From Mobula hypostoma (lineage: Eukaryota): a stretch of DNA of 64,000 nt. A model generated the notes under the pieces. That model had not been told where the DNA came from and did not search any database. It saw only the letters and a list, made by a program, of their open reading frames with translations. The position numbers were made by a program, and so were the translations under genes. Every line of letters starts with the position of its first letter. The first letter of the stretch is position 1. Below are positions 33,519-46,449 of this stretch, in pieces. The stretch is taken from NCBI RefSeq assembly GCF_963921235.1, contig NC_086108.1:17918001-17982000 (forward strand). Direction: 5' to 3'.

Positions 33519-35716
33519 TCCGTGCCGGGTCTTTACCATCCCCTCCGACCTTCAACTGTCGGAGGCAGAACGCTCTGTTCTCAGTAAGGGCCTCACGTTT
33601 GTCCCCCTTCGCCCACACCTCAGCGAGTTCTGTGTTCGCCATGATGCGGAACTTTTCTTCTGCCGTCTCCGTCTCCGAGCCTACTTCTTTGGCAAGGACT
33701 CTTCCACCCCCACCGATGACCCCTTCTTCCGTCTTCAACCCTCCTCTTCTTCATGGACACCCCGCTCTGGTCTTCTGCCTGCTCTGGTTCTCTTTATTGC
33801 TAACTGCTGACGGGACATCAACCGTCTCGACTTCACCGCACCTTGTCCCCATTCCAACCTCACTCCTTCGGAACGCTCTGCTCTCCACTCCCTCTGCACT
33901 AATCCTAACCTTATTATTAAACCCGCTGATAAGGGGGGTGCTGTTGTATTCTGGCGTACTGACCTCTACCTTGCCGAGGCGCAGCGACAACTCGCGGATA
34001 CCTCCTCTTATTTACCCCTCGATCGTGACCCCACTAAGGAGCACCAGGCCATTGTCTCCCACACTATCACCGACTTTATCCGCTCAGGGGATCTCCCATC
34101 CACTGCTACCAACCTTTTAGTTCCCACACCCCGCACTTCCCGTTTCTACCTCCTACCCAAGATCCACAAACCTGCCTGTCCTGGCCGACCTATTGTCTCA
34201 GCTTGCTTCTGCTCCACCGAACTCGTTTCTGCATACCTCGACACTGTTTTATCACCCCTTGTTCAATCCCTTCCAACCTATGTTCGTGACACTTCTCCCG
34301 CTCTTAAACTTTTCGATGACTTTAAGTTCCCTGGCCCCCACCGCTTTATTTTCACCATGGATGTCCAGTCCTTATATACTTCCATCCCCCATCAGGAAGG
34401 TCTCAAAGCTCTACGCTTCTTTTTGGATTCCAGACCTAATCAGTTCCCCTCTACCACCACTCTGCTCCGTCTAGCGGAATTAGTCCTTACTCTTAATAAT
34501 TTCTCCTTTTGCTCCTCCCATTTCCTCCAAACTAAAGGTGTAGCTATGGGCACCCATATGGGTCCTAGCTATGCCTGCCTTTTTGTTGGGTTTGTGGAAC
34601 AATCTATGTTCCGTGCCTATTCTGGTATCTGTCCCCCACTTTTCCTTCGCTACATCGACGACTGCATTGGCGCTGCTTCCTGCACGCATGCAGAACTCGT
34701 TGACTTTATTAACTTTGCCTCCAACTTTCACCCTGCCCTCAAGTTTACCTGGTCCATTTCCGACACCTCCCTCCCCTTTCTAGATCTTTCTGTCTCTGTC
34801 TCTGGAGACAGCTTATCCACTGATGTCTACTATAAGCCTACTGACTCTCACAGCTTTCTGGACTATTCCTCTTCTCACCCTGTCTCTTGCAAAAACGCCA
34901 TCCCCTTCTCGCAATTCCTCCGTCTCCGCCGCATCTGCTCTCAGGATGAGGCTTTTCATTCTAGGACGAGGGAGATGTCTTCATTTTTTAAAGAAAGGGG
35001 CTTCCCTTCCTCCACTATCAACTCTGCTCTTAAACTCATCTCCCCCATTTCACGTACATCTGCTCTCACTCCATCCTCCCACCACCCCACTAGGAATAGG
35101 GTTCCCCTGGTCCTCACCTACCACCCCACCAGCCTCCGGGTCCAACATATTATTCTCCGTAACTTCCGCCACCTCCAACGGGATTCCACCACTAAGCACA
35201 TCTTTCCTCCCCCCCCTCTCTGCATTCCGCAGGGATCGCTCCCTACACAACTCCCTTGTCCATTCGTCCCCCCCATCCCTCCCCACTGATCTCCCTCCTG
35301 GCACTTATCCGTGTAAGCGGAACAAGTGCTACACATGCCCTTACACTTCCTCCCTTACCACCATTCAGGGCCCCAAACAGTCCTTCCAGGTGAAGCATCA
35401 CTTCACCTGTGAGTCGACTGGGGTGATATACTGCGTCCGGTGCTCCCGATGTGGCCTTTTATATATTGGTGAGACCCGACGCAGACTGGGAGACCGCTTT
35501 GCTGAACATCTATGCTCTGTCCGCCAGAGAAAGCAGGATCTCCCAGTGGCCACACATTTTAATTCCACATCCCATTCCCATTCTGACATGTCTATCCACG
35601 GCCTCCTCTACTGTAAAGATGAAGCCACACTCAGGTTGGAGGAACCACACCTTATATTCCGTCTGGGTAGCCTCCAACCTGATGGCATGAACATCGACTT
35701 CTCTAACTTCCGCTAA
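33220..35716 (+). pseudogene. PLE RT/GIY-YIG ORF with one nonsense codon (33808-33810) and one frameshift (poly-C near 35210)
   Basis: KPADKGGAVV, FYLLPKIHK, RPIVS, MDVQSLYT, GVAMG, LRYIDD, FLDL; CKRNKCYTC; GVIYCVRC..LYIGETRRRLGDRFAEH. Confidence 0.92.
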
Positions 35717-36013
35717 GGCCCCACCTCCCCCTCGTACCCCATCTGTTACTCATTTTTATGTACACATTCTTTCTCTCACTTTCCTTTTTCTCCCTCTGTC
35801 CCTCTGAATATACCTCTTGCCCATCCTCTGGGTCACTCCCCCCCCCCCGTCTTTCTTCCCGGACCTCCTGTTCCATGATCCTCTCGTATCCCCTTTTGCC
35901 TATCACCTGTCCAGCTCTCGGCTCTATCCCTCCCCCTCCTGTCTTCTCCTATCATTTTGCATCTCCCCCTCCCCCTCCAGCTTTCAAAGCCCTTACTCAC
36001 TCTTCCTTCAGTT

Positions 36014-36049
36014 AGTCCTGACGAAGGGTCTCGGCCTGAAACCTCGACT
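36014..36049 (+). ncRNA. Minimal type I hammerhead ribozyme motif
   Basis: AGTC-CTGACGA-A-GGGT/CTCG/GCCT-GAAA-CCTC-GACT; stem I AGTC/GACT; stem III position altered (CCTC versus CGTC). Confidence 0.75.
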
Positions 36050-36574
36050 GCGCCTCTTCCTATAGATGCTGCTTGGCCTGCTGCGTTCACCAGCAACTTT
36101 GATGTATGTTGCTTGAATTTCCAGCATCTGCAGAATTCCTGTTGTATACATTTTGATATTGTCGATTACACTGTGTAAAGACAAAAGGAATGTGGCCATT
36201 GATTGAAATCAAATATCGACACCAGCAGCTCGTGGTTCAAATTTATTGCTGCTTTGATTATCTGGTATATCCTAAGTATATTACTCTTATAAGTGGTTGC
36301 TTATGGGAAAAGCAATCAATCCCCATTTACGGATCACCTACTTCTCTCTACCAGGAGTAACGCCTTGGGCTGTTTCATCTGCACTCCTTGCGTCAAAGGC
36401 ATTACTGAAACTCTAAATGGATACAGAGAATATGACCACATTATCCTGTAGGTCTGTCACACTGTGTGTTGCAATGTACCTGCAGGCTGATTTAGTCACA
36501 GTGTTGACAAAAGACAGTGTATTGTCCCTTGATGTTTTTTGGTGGGAACTCTGCACTTGCCAACTTAAAAACGC

Positions 36575-37210
36575 AAACACGATGAAATCTGCAGATGCTG
36601 GAATTTCACGCAACACACATAAAAATTGCTGGCGAACGCAGCAGGCCAGGTAGCATCTATGGGAAGAGGTACAGATGACGTTTCGGACCGAGACCTTTCA
36701 TGAGGACTAACTGAAAGAAGAGGTAGTAAGAGATTTGAAAGTAGGAGGGAGAGGGGGAGATCCGAAATGATAGAGGAAGACAGGAGGGGGAAGAGATGGA
36801 GCTAAGAGCTGGAAAGTTGATTGACAAAAGGGATATGAAAGGATCATGGGACAGACGGGAGGCCTAGGGAGAAAGATAGGGGAAGGGGGGAAGCCCAGAG
36901 GATGGGCAAGGAGTATAGTGAGAGGGACAGAGGGAGAAAAAGGAAAGAGAGAAAAGAAATTATATAATAATAAAAGATAAATAAATAAGGGATGGGGTAT
37001 GAAGGGGTGGAGGGGCATTAACGGAAGTTAGAGAAGTCAATGTTCATGCCATCAGGTTGGAGGCTACCCAGACGGAATATAAGGTGTTGTTCCTCCAACC
37101 TGAGTGTGGCTTCATCTTGACAGTAGAGGAGGCCGTGGATAGACATATCAGAATGGGAATGGGACGTGGAATTAAAATGTGTGGCCACTGGGAGATCCTG
37201 CTTTCTGGGA
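36575..37210 (-). mobile_element. Penelope-like 3' fragment
   Basis: Reverse match to ~35530-36145; hammerhead core mutated (CTCATGA). Confidence 0.88.
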
Positions 37211-38276
37211 GATTTCTTGACATTGGAGTTGAGAGAACTGGGGATCTGGCGCAGACAGTGTGGATCAGAGCAGTAGTTGCTTCAGAAAACTCACAGTCCA
37301 CCTACCATCTCTATAGCTTGGAGGAGTCTGTGTGTTATGGCTACACAGTATGTGAGAGATTGTAGCCTCTGCTTGAGGGCTCCTCAAGACCAAACAAATG
37401 TTTGCTGTTCAATTTCTGGGAGCCTGGTGTAGAAGGAGGTGAGTCATTTGTGGGTTGAGGGGGGGGGGACTTCATCATTGGTCTGTTCCTGAGCCTGGGG
37501 CATTCCACCCCGATACTCCTCTGAACACTGGCTCACTGGAGGCTTCTGAGGCAGGTGAGTGCCAGGGGGGTGAGAGTATGTCCTGGACAAGGATGGTGGT
37601 GTTATAATTTGAGAATTTGTTAAATATTCTGATGAAAGTAATGCAAATAAGTAAATACACTTCCTTTTATACGAAACATGTTTTTGCACAGGAATGAAGT
37701 AGAGTGAAGGATGTGGCCTGTCACCCAAATTTAATGAAAGCAATTCTTTGCTTGGTCTGTAGATGAGTGTTGGATCACGGATACTTTGAGAACAGGCATC
37801 CCAAGACATGATGTGTCGTGCAGAGGACTGCAAAAGAATGGGCTTAGAGACAAGGTGCATTGGCAGAGAGAGGGTGTTTTGATAGTCAAGGAGGGGATTC
37901 GGTCTTTTATTCTTCCCTGTTCCTGCCCCAAAATGACATATGTGAGTGATGATAAACCTGATTCTGATATGGGTCTCTGTTGCTCAATGAGAGAGGAAAG
38001 GGGGCAAGGAGAGGGGAATCAAGGATGAGAAAAGGGAAGGGAGCAGGAAGCACCAGAGAGACATTCTGTAGTGATAAGTAAACCAATTGTTTGGAATCAA
38101 ATTACCTTGCCTGGTGTCTCAGGTATGGGTATGTCTGCACTTAAACCACCTCCTGCCCCGGCACTCCCTCTCTGCCACCTGTCCCGCACCCCTCCCACAG
38201 CATTCCATCCTCACATTCCCCACATCCTTTGTACTGCCAGATTTACAAACTTGCTCTCCATTCCAGGTTGGCAAAT

Positions 38277-38343
38277 ACAGTAATATGCACAGATTTTAGG
38301 CACCTTAGGTATACATGTGTCTAAGACTGTTGCACAGTATGTA
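38277..38343. mobile_element. Tc1-type palindromic MITE, decayed
   Basis: tacagtaatatgcacagattttagg ... ctaagactgttgcacagtatgta. Confidence 0.6.
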
Positions 38344-39852
38344 GGTACAATAACAATATATTTTTAAATTGGATAGGTATGTGGCTAGGAAAGATTTAGA
38401 GGGAAATGAACATGGAAGAGATGGGCTGAAGGGCTGTTTTAATGGTGCATTATTCTCTGACACCCCCCACTGATTTTCTTCTCTTTTCTGCCCTCCTGGT
38501 TCCTTTTCTGCCCTTTTTTTCATCTCCCCTCTTTCCCTTTTCTCCCTCTTTCCTCCACACTCTCTCTTCCTTTCTCTCTCACAGGGAGTCCCATTTGTGC
38601 TTTTGGTGTATGACAGAGTGAACTCTGCCTTTAATTACAGAATGTCTGTGGCATTTCCACCTTTAAGGAATATGATAGGTTCTTTCTGCACTTGATCAGT
38701 TGAAACAGATGACAACACAAGGAATCGTTAGGTTTGAGATCTATTAGTGTCCCTTAGGACTGTAAACCCTGCAGGGGTGTTAATGAGCAAGACTGTTTAT
38801 CAAAGAAATGAAAACCATTTAGTTTAATTGCCGCATATTGTTAAATAGGCTGTTGGGGAATCAGAGCTGGATTATAGCCAGAGACGGCTTTTCCTCAGCC
38901 TTGAAAATTCAGTCCACATTTCATAATACATTTTATTTTGTGAAGGATGATTTGCTTTTATGTAAAATGATTGCTACGTTCTCTCCACCACAAGTACCAG
39001 GACAGTTCTGCTATTAACCCAAGGAGACTTGACCACCTTCTACATCAGACAGGAACACCAACACTGGGTGGATAGTTCTCTGGAGCATCTGACATGGTCC
39101 TGTGTCTGCCTGCCGCTTTCCTGCCATTGATGTCCAGCATGTTAATTTTCCTGCTCCCGGGGCTCCCCACCTGGAATCATAGAGTAACGCAGCTTAGAAA
39201 TAGACCGCCGTGCAGTGGATTCAGCACAATCGATCATGGGCACTTCCCTCCCCACCATCTGTTGTATCGTAAGAAGGTGCTGCTTCCAGAAAGTGAAGTC
39301 TGTCTTCTAAAATCCCCACCATCCGGGCCATGCCATCTTCTTGCAGGTGCCATTGAGCAGGAGGTACAGAAGCCTGAAGTCCCACACTACTGGGTGCAGG
39401 AACAGCTACTATTCAGTTCTTAAAACAACTCACAAAACCCTAATCACTGCCTCAGTATAGCAATAGTATGACCTCTTTGACCACTTCACACTACGATGGA
39501 CTTTATTTTGTGTTCTTTCTTGTATAATTTATTTGTAATTTATGTTTTTCTTGTGATTGTTGTGTATCTGATGCTAGGTGGCTGTGATAATGCTGCAAAT
39601 AAGTTTTAATTGCAACTTTGCAAACATGTGCTCCTATGAGACTTGACATTGCCTTTGACTTTCAGCTGAACTAGTCCAAGACGACCCAGGCGGCCATCTA
39701 AGCTAGTCCATCTTCTTGCAGCTGTACCACTATAGGAACTCAGTGGGTCGAGCAACATTGCAGGAAGAAAGGAAGAGTCAATGTTTCAATTCCAAACCCT
39801 ACCTCAGGACACCATTCCCATGTTCCCACATTTGGCACACATCCCTCTGAAC

Positions 39853-39932
39853 CAGAGGTTCCTAACCTGTGGTCCACAGATCCCTCAGATAAAGTTAAGA
39901 CTTCATGGCATAAAAAATATTGGGAATCCCTG
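39853..39932. mobile_element. 80-bp hAT-type MITE
   Basis: TIRs; TSD ctctgaac/ctctaaac matches 7 of 8. Confidence 0.85.
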
Positions 39933-40087
39933 CTCTAAACTTTTTCTATCCAAGTACCTGTCCAAATATCTTCTAAATGTTTTCAACATACTTGCTCTGG
40001 CAGCTCACACCATGTATCCACCACCCTCTGGATGAAGAAGCAGCCCCTCAGGTCCTTTCAAAGTCTTGTCCCTCTCACCCTAAATTA

Positions 40088-40645
40088 GGTGTTGCGGTTA
40101 GTGCAATGCTATTACAACTCTGGGCATCAGAGTTCAGTTCAGGCATGCTCTGTCAGGAGTCTCAGTACGTTCTCCCCATGGGTTTTCCCCGGTTACTCCA
40201 GTGTCCTCCCACAGTCCAAAAACATTGTGGGTAGGTCAATTGGTTATTGTAAATTGTCCTGTGTTAAGGTTAGGGTTAAATCTGGTGTCAGGGGCTGCTG
40301 CAGCAACGCAGCTTGAAGGTCCAGAAAGGTTTATTCCACTTGTAACTCTAAATAAAATAAAAATAATTTCTGCACTCTGGTATCAGAAAGGTTCACAGTA
40401 GCATAGTGGTTAGCCCAATGTTTTACAGCACCAGTGACCCAGGTGTAATTCCCACTGCTGTCTGTAAGGAGGTTGACTGTGTTGGATTCCGCTGGGTGCT
40501 CTGGTTTCCTCTCATAGTCCAAAGACGTACTGGTTGGTAGGTTAATTGGTCATTGTAAATTGTCCTGTGATTAGGCTAGGGTTAAATCGGGAGTTGCTGG
40601 GTGGTGCTAGAAGGACCTGTTCTGGGATATATCTCAATAAAAATA
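40088..40645 (+). mobile_element. Two tandem V-SINE copies (~40088-40360, ~40392-40645)
   Basis: Each has a tRNA-like head, cagtccaaa/tagtccaaag..attggt(c/t)attgtaaattgtcc and an A-rich end. Confidence 0.75.
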
Positions 40646-42494
40646 TGAGCTGGATGACTCTCAACTACTGACCATAGCCATTGCTTCCATGATTAAAATC
40701 ATCAAAAAAATCTGTGTCAAATAAAAATGCTTTTTTCCTGCAAGGTCTTGGTGATAGATTTAGAACTTAATTCCCAAAGGATAGGCAGCCCTGTGCCCGG
40801 CACTTCTCATTGTTTATGACAATAAGCTGTTGTGCAATGACTTTTTCCTTCAATAAGCAGGTTAATTTGCCAAAGGAGTTCTAATTGAGCTCATGACTTG
40901 TTAATTGGCTGTGACACGTGCATAACATAATGTGGAGGGTGCCAAGGATTATATTCACTCCCTAGTGTAATGGGAGCTGGCAAAGCCTGCCAGGTACAGG
41001 GCAGTGGGTTGGCATAGTGTAGGGAGATAGGAGAGGTGGAGAGGGAATTAGATAAATAATTATCCCTAATTATGTAATTAATGCTAATAAAGAAAATAAA
41101 GAGTACTGGTGCATAGTAATTTTGGAACTAAATCTTTTCGTGTAAAATGGTTTTGTCATGTTTTGCCTACTAGTCAGGCAGTAATATTAACATCCATCTG
41201 TTTTTGGTCATCTTATCCTTTTGTATTCTAGTCACTTCTCACTGCTTTGTCCCACAGATTTTGTGCAAAGTCGGTCACTCTTGCTAAGCAGTCAAATATT
41301 CCGCCAGTGGGCGCAGTGATGGTGGAATGAGCAGTGGGGGAGGGGAGGTAAACATTGTGACTGAGTCTGTTTATATTGGGTTGGGTGGTTGGGGGAGGCA
41401 ACGGGAGAAGCTGGCCTCCTCTCTGTGGAGGAGCACATTACAGAAGAAAAAAGACCCAAATTGCTTGAGGCAGAATAATAAGGTTGAAATCTGACAAGAG
41501 GAATGGGATGGAATGCACTGTGGAGGTTACACTGCTGCTTAATGACGAGGACCACTTAATTGCTGTGGTGTCTTCCACATCATTCTGTTCCTTTTGTGTA
41601 GCATATCTCACAATTTACATAAAGCATTTGGTGATTTCAGCTCCTGTTAACTCAGCAGGACCAGAGAGGGAGGGAGGGAGAGGGGGAGGGGGGGAGGGGG
41701 ATGGAGGAAAACAGAGAAAGACAGAGAAAGAGAAGGGGGTGGGGAGGGAGTATCTTTTGCTCTCTAAGAAAGCAAGTAAATATACCAGACAAGGGAAATA
41801 AAATAGAGAGAGTCTGAAGAGAACAAAGAAAAGAAAGGATAGTGTTCGAGATAGAGAAAATGAGTGATAAAGAGTTTGGTTAAACAGCATTAGAGTTCCG
41901 TAACATGAGAAATTTTGCAGATGCTGGAAATCCAGAGCAACCCACACAAAATGCTTGAGGAACTTAGCAGATCAGGTAGCATCTATGGAAATGAATAAAC
42001 AGTCAATGTTTTGGACCAAGACTCTTGAGGTTTGGGAGAATTTTGGAGAACAGTTTGGGAAGCTCTGAGATCAGAGCCAGAACCAGAGGGAAAAGACTAA
42101 AGAAATATTCTGTGACTTGGATTCTGTGCTGGGGGAAAGCCACATAAAACCAGCCTGATCGTTCCAAACTGTTAAAATCACTGGGGTACAATTCAAGTGC
42201 GTAACTGCCTGTAATGCTGCTGCTGTAGATCAGCAGCCCATTGTAGAATCTGCCTGAGTTCATTTGCCATCCCACAGAGAAGTTCTGAATATTCTTCCTG
42301 GCTACAACATTGAATTTAACCGTTCAGCTCCCAAGCAAGTCTGGCAGGTAAGTGTTCTCACAGCTGATCTCTGAGTGAGAGATTCTGGAGTTTCCAAATT
42401 GTACACTGACCACAAAAAAAGTGGAGTCAACAAAAAAAATCGCTAACGGGCTATGGCAGTTTTAACTGATAATGGCCATAACATCACAAACACG

Positions 42495-42530
42495 AGTCCT
42501 GACGAAGGGTCTCGGCCTGAAACGTTGACT
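42495..42530 (+). ncRNA. Isolated hammerhead motif in a short PLE-derived fragment (42495-42556)
   Basis: AGTC-CTGACGA-AGGGTCTCGGCCT-GAAA-CGTT-GACT. Confidence 0.75.
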
Positions 42531-43045
42531 GTACCTCCTCCTAGAGATGCTGCCTCTAGGGGGCAGGGGGTCAGGCATCTGTGGAAGGAAGTAGAGATTC
42601 AACATTACAAAACTGTGTACTGAAGCAGCAGAGGGAAGCTAATCATGTGTGAATCCATAGATCAGCCAGAGTTATGCTGTCCAAAAAGTCAGTGCTACTT
42701 CAGGTTTGTCAATGGCAACAAGAGTCTCTGCCAGCGCTCCCCACACGCCAATCAAAACCCCCAAGTAGGCTAGTCCCAATTGGCTGCATAATCCTTCTAA
42801 TCCTTTTCTATCCACTTACCTGTGCAAGTCCCTTTTGAATGTTGTGAATGTACCTGCCTCAACCACTTACCCTGGCAGCTCAATCAACATACTGACCATT
42901 ATCTGGGTGAAAATGTTGCTGCAAGTTCCAACTAAATCTCCCCTCCCCTTCCTTAAACCTAAGCCTCTAGTTTTTGTTTCCCCAACCTAGGGAAAAAGAC
43001 CTGTGTATTCACCCTCTATCTATGCCCCTCATGCACACTTGTTTG

Positions 43046-43924
43046 CAAGGGTTCCCAACCTGGGGTCCATGGGACCCTCAGTTAATGGTAATGTAACAAC
43101 CTGGTTAAGGTTTTCACTACTATGTTATTTCATTTAAGGTACTTAATTTTAGCTGTTATGTAAGAGCAGTCTGTTCTACTTTCATTCTGTTTGGGTTTGA
43201 GCTAAGATAAGGGGCTTTATTGTTCAACTTAGGAATGTTGTGTCAGGCAAATAGGATGGTGGAATTAGAAGGTTCCAGAAAATACTGGGTGAAGAGGTTT
43301 TTGTGACGGACACTGGCGGAAGCTGGGACAACACAGCAGGGTGCTGAAGATGCCATCCCTGTTGCACTAAGGGGTTTGTGCAGATGAATGGCTATAAGGA
43401 GGAAGGACAAATATAGTGGCGGCAGCCCATTTGTTCAGGATGAATTTTGAGCAACATTCAGAAGATGATGTATGTTTTCACGCAGACCAAAGGTCCAGCG
43501 CATGAGTTAAAGACCACTTCAAGATGAGCGCCAACTTATGTGTACATTTATTTATGATGGGCATTTTTGTTTATTTCTTTCTTTTCTTTAATAATTGTTT
43601 AAGTTAACATTCATAAATATACTTTGTAATTGTATGCAGTTTACGGTCTGTTATTTCTTGCCGATGGACAATTGCATAGGAGCAGTAGTTACACAGTATT
43701 CACACAGATTGGGGTTCACATTGGCAAGATGTCCCAACCCCCCCCAGGTTTGGTGGGACCCAGGTCGTATTGACCCTAGACATACGGAGTCTGAGAAAGG
43801 TGTTTTTCTCACCGCTAAGTCCGATGGCTGTTAGTGAGGGGCTAACAAGCTGTATCTCTAGAGATGCCCGGTAAACAGGGGTTTCAGTAAGGTTCCATGG
43901 CATATAAAAGGTTATGAACCCCTG
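43046..43924. mobile_element. hAT MITE split into 43046-43091 and 43891-43924
   Basis: The two halves rejoin into the same ~80-bp consensus as 23619-23698. Confidence 0.85.
43092..43886. mobile_element. Solo LTR (795 bp)
   Basis: TGTAAC...GTTTCA termini; perfect 4-bp TSD GTAA (43088-43091, 43887-43890). Confidence 0.85.
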
Positions 43925-45049
43925 CTCTATAGTATCACCCTTCATTCTTTTTTGCTCCAATTAAGAAAATCCCAGCCTCTTCAACCTCTCTTCATAAGTC
44001 AGCTCCAAAAACATCTTCATAAATCTTCTTTGCACCCTTTTCAGCTAAACAGCAGGGTGACCAAACTGTAAATGCAACCTCACCAACATTGTACGCAATT
44101 GCAATATAGGTTTTTTGTTGGTGTGTTGATGGTTACGAAACAAAACAGGCAGATAAAGATAAGGTATGGAGCACCAATCATGTAGCTAATGGTAGTTCAG
44201 GCTCAAAGGGCTGAATGGTCTCCTCTTGTACCCTTGCTGCTCCCTTTATTGCTTTTTCTTGGCAGTACAATGTTTATATTTTAGAATTTGATGCGACAGA
44301 TATTAGGAACACCTCCTGAGCAAGCTGACCTGAACAGAACCACACTCCGAGTCGTAACAAGCCTTTCAGAAATAGACTTACCAGAGATGACATAAATTAA
44401 TATCCACTACTTAAACCAGGCTGTGATTAATGGCCTGGCTTCACAGAAGCTTAGTCCAACTGTCAGTTGTCAGGTACCAGTTGCACAAAGTAACAATAAT
44501 CGACATTCATTCTCCTGTAGCTGCCAGCTCTATGGAGCAGGAGGAATGGGCTGTGCCTTGACACACACTTCAGTCTTCATCCTGTCTTTCCATACATCAC
44601 CGAGCTCAGCAATGCTCCTGTTTTATGAACTGCATGTATTTTACTTTCAAGGTACATTAGATTACATGATGGATCTTCTCATTCAATTTACATCTATTTT
44701 TCTTAATCTTTTGTATTTGGAGGGAGCTCACTGTGTTTGTGCTGCACCACTGACCATTGTACAGCTCGGTCTTTAGTTTGTGTGTGTGTTTGTGTGGGTG
44801 TGTGCGTATGTTGGTGGGGCGTCTGGTGTGTTTTGTCTATGTGGTGCTAATCGGTGTGTGTGTCCATGTGTAGGTTCCTATGTGGGTTTATGGGTGTGCA
44901 TGCACACATGTATGTTTGTGCACATGTATATGATCTGTACGGGCACATCAGTATAATGTGTTTTGTGTGACTGCATACATGTTGAGTGTTTGTGTATGCA
45001 CAATGTCTGTGTCTACTAACCGTGTGGGCTCATTGTATCTATACAAATG

Positions 45050-45135
45050 GAAAACGTGCAAGGAACAAGCTGGATTCGAGCTCGGGACCATTTGCCTCAA
45101 AGTCCGGAGCAGATGCTACTACACCACTGGCCGGC
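45050..45135 (-). mobile_element. tRNA-derived SINE head
   Basis: Minus strand reads agccggccagtggtgtagtagc...cccgagctcgaatccagc, with A-box-like and B-box-like motifs. Confidence 0.6.
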
Positions 45136-45395
45136 TGTGTAGTGGTTAGTGCAACACTATTACAGCTTGGGGCATCGGCGTTCAGAGTTCAATTCTGGTG
45201 TCCGCTGTAAGCAAGTTTGTACATTCCTTATGTGTGCACGTGGGTTTCCTTTGGGTACTCTGCTTTCCTCCCACAGTCCAAGGATGTATCATTAGTGGGT
45301 TAATTGGTCAATGTAAATGGCCCTGGGATTAATCAGTAGGTTGAGCGGCTTGAAGAGCCAGAACGGCCCATTCTACACCGAATCTCTAAATAAAA
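45136..45395 (+). mobile_element. V-SINE
   Basis: gagttcaattctgg; ggtactctgctttcctcccacagtccaagg; taaataaaa tail. Confidence 0.75.
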
Positions 45396-45643
45396 TCCAC
45401 AGTAAGTACAAAGTACATTGATTGAATGGAAAAGATTTAATGGAATCTGTTGGCTTGAATAGAATCTAATAGATTATATTAAATCTATTCCTTTAATAGA
45501 ATCAGTGAATAAAACACAGAAGACAGACAAATAACCAATGTGCAATAGAAACAGACTGTGCAAATACAGAAAGAAAAAAAAAACAAACAAAATAATAATA
45601 AATAACAGCAATAAATATTGAGGACTTGAGATGAAGTGTAGCA

Positions 45644-45657
45644 ATGTGTGTGTGTGT

Positions 45658-45688
<31 letters not shown>
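45644..45688. repeat. (TG)n microsatellite, one interruption
   Basis: Seen directly. Confidence 0.95.
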
Positions 45689-45694
<6 letters not shown>

Positions 45695-46449
45695 TGTTAT
45701 TTCTATCCATGTTGATATACATTTGTCAACTAACATGCCTATTGGCAGAGGATGACTCCACACCATCGGTTGGGTAACCCACATCAAAATCTATTAACCC
45801 TTTCCTGACTGATCAATGGACTCCACACCAGAGGGGATGGCAATGCTGATGTCACTGTGTCTGAAGTCCCCCCCCAATGATGGTGGAGACGTACAGCAAG
45901 GATTGTCTGTGAGAGCTCCGTAGTCCCAGGTGCTGAGCATCATACTGAGGGCTGGAAGGTCAGGAGGGAGGCAATGGAATGGATTTACCCCAGTAGAGTG
46001 TGAAAAGCCTGAAATGGGAGAGAATGGTGTGTGAGGAGGGAATGAAACAATAAACAAGGGACTTTTGAGTGGTAGGGATAGGCTGTGAGGGATGGAGGTG
46101 TTAAAGAACAAAAAGATGTTTACCACATAATCTGCTGGAAGATCTCAGTGGGTTGAAGAGTATCGGTGGGAAAATAGAAACTGTTGATGCTTTGGGTTCA
46201 AACCCTTCAGCAGCACTAGCCCTGTCCTCTTCCTCTTGCTGATGATGTGTGGAGCATGGTTTTGTTATAATCAACACCCTGTTTAGTCAGTGGTACAAAA
46301 CCTGATGTCCATACCCCAGCTTATGCCTGAATTTAGATTATATTTTTGTCTAGGCAATGTCACACAGGGTGCCAGGTACCTGAGACTGCTGCTCTGACGG
46401 CTGTCTAATGCACTTTTCTATCTCCATCAGCTTGCTCTGGCTAGAGGAA

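Larger units (their letters stand above)
33147..36145 (+). mobile_element. Penelope-like element (Neptune-type), 5'-truncated
   Basis: Perfect 10-bp TSD ATACATTTTG (33137-33146, 36146-36155); RT, Cys-rich linker, GIY-YIG; hammerhead in 3' repeat. Confidence 0.93.
42760..44110 (-). mobile_element. Decayed CR1 3' fragment interrupted by a MITE and a solo LTR
   Basis: CR1-type sequence at ~42760-43035 resumes at ~43930-44110. Confidence 0.65.

Noticed and set aside
33808..33810. In-frame TGA in the PLE ORF as selenocysteine, as in Naiad PLE selenoproteins
   Set aside because: Context ANC*RDI fits a CGA(Arg)>TGA CpG decay. The element has a C-terminal endonuclease, not the Naiad layout, and also carries a frameshift.
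45050..45135. Functional tRNA gene
   Set aside because: The B box is degenerate and no convincing acceptor stem was found; it is better explained as a SINE head.
45794..46126. 110-aa minus-strand ORF in unique sequence
   Set aside because: No recognisable homology or convincing splice signals.
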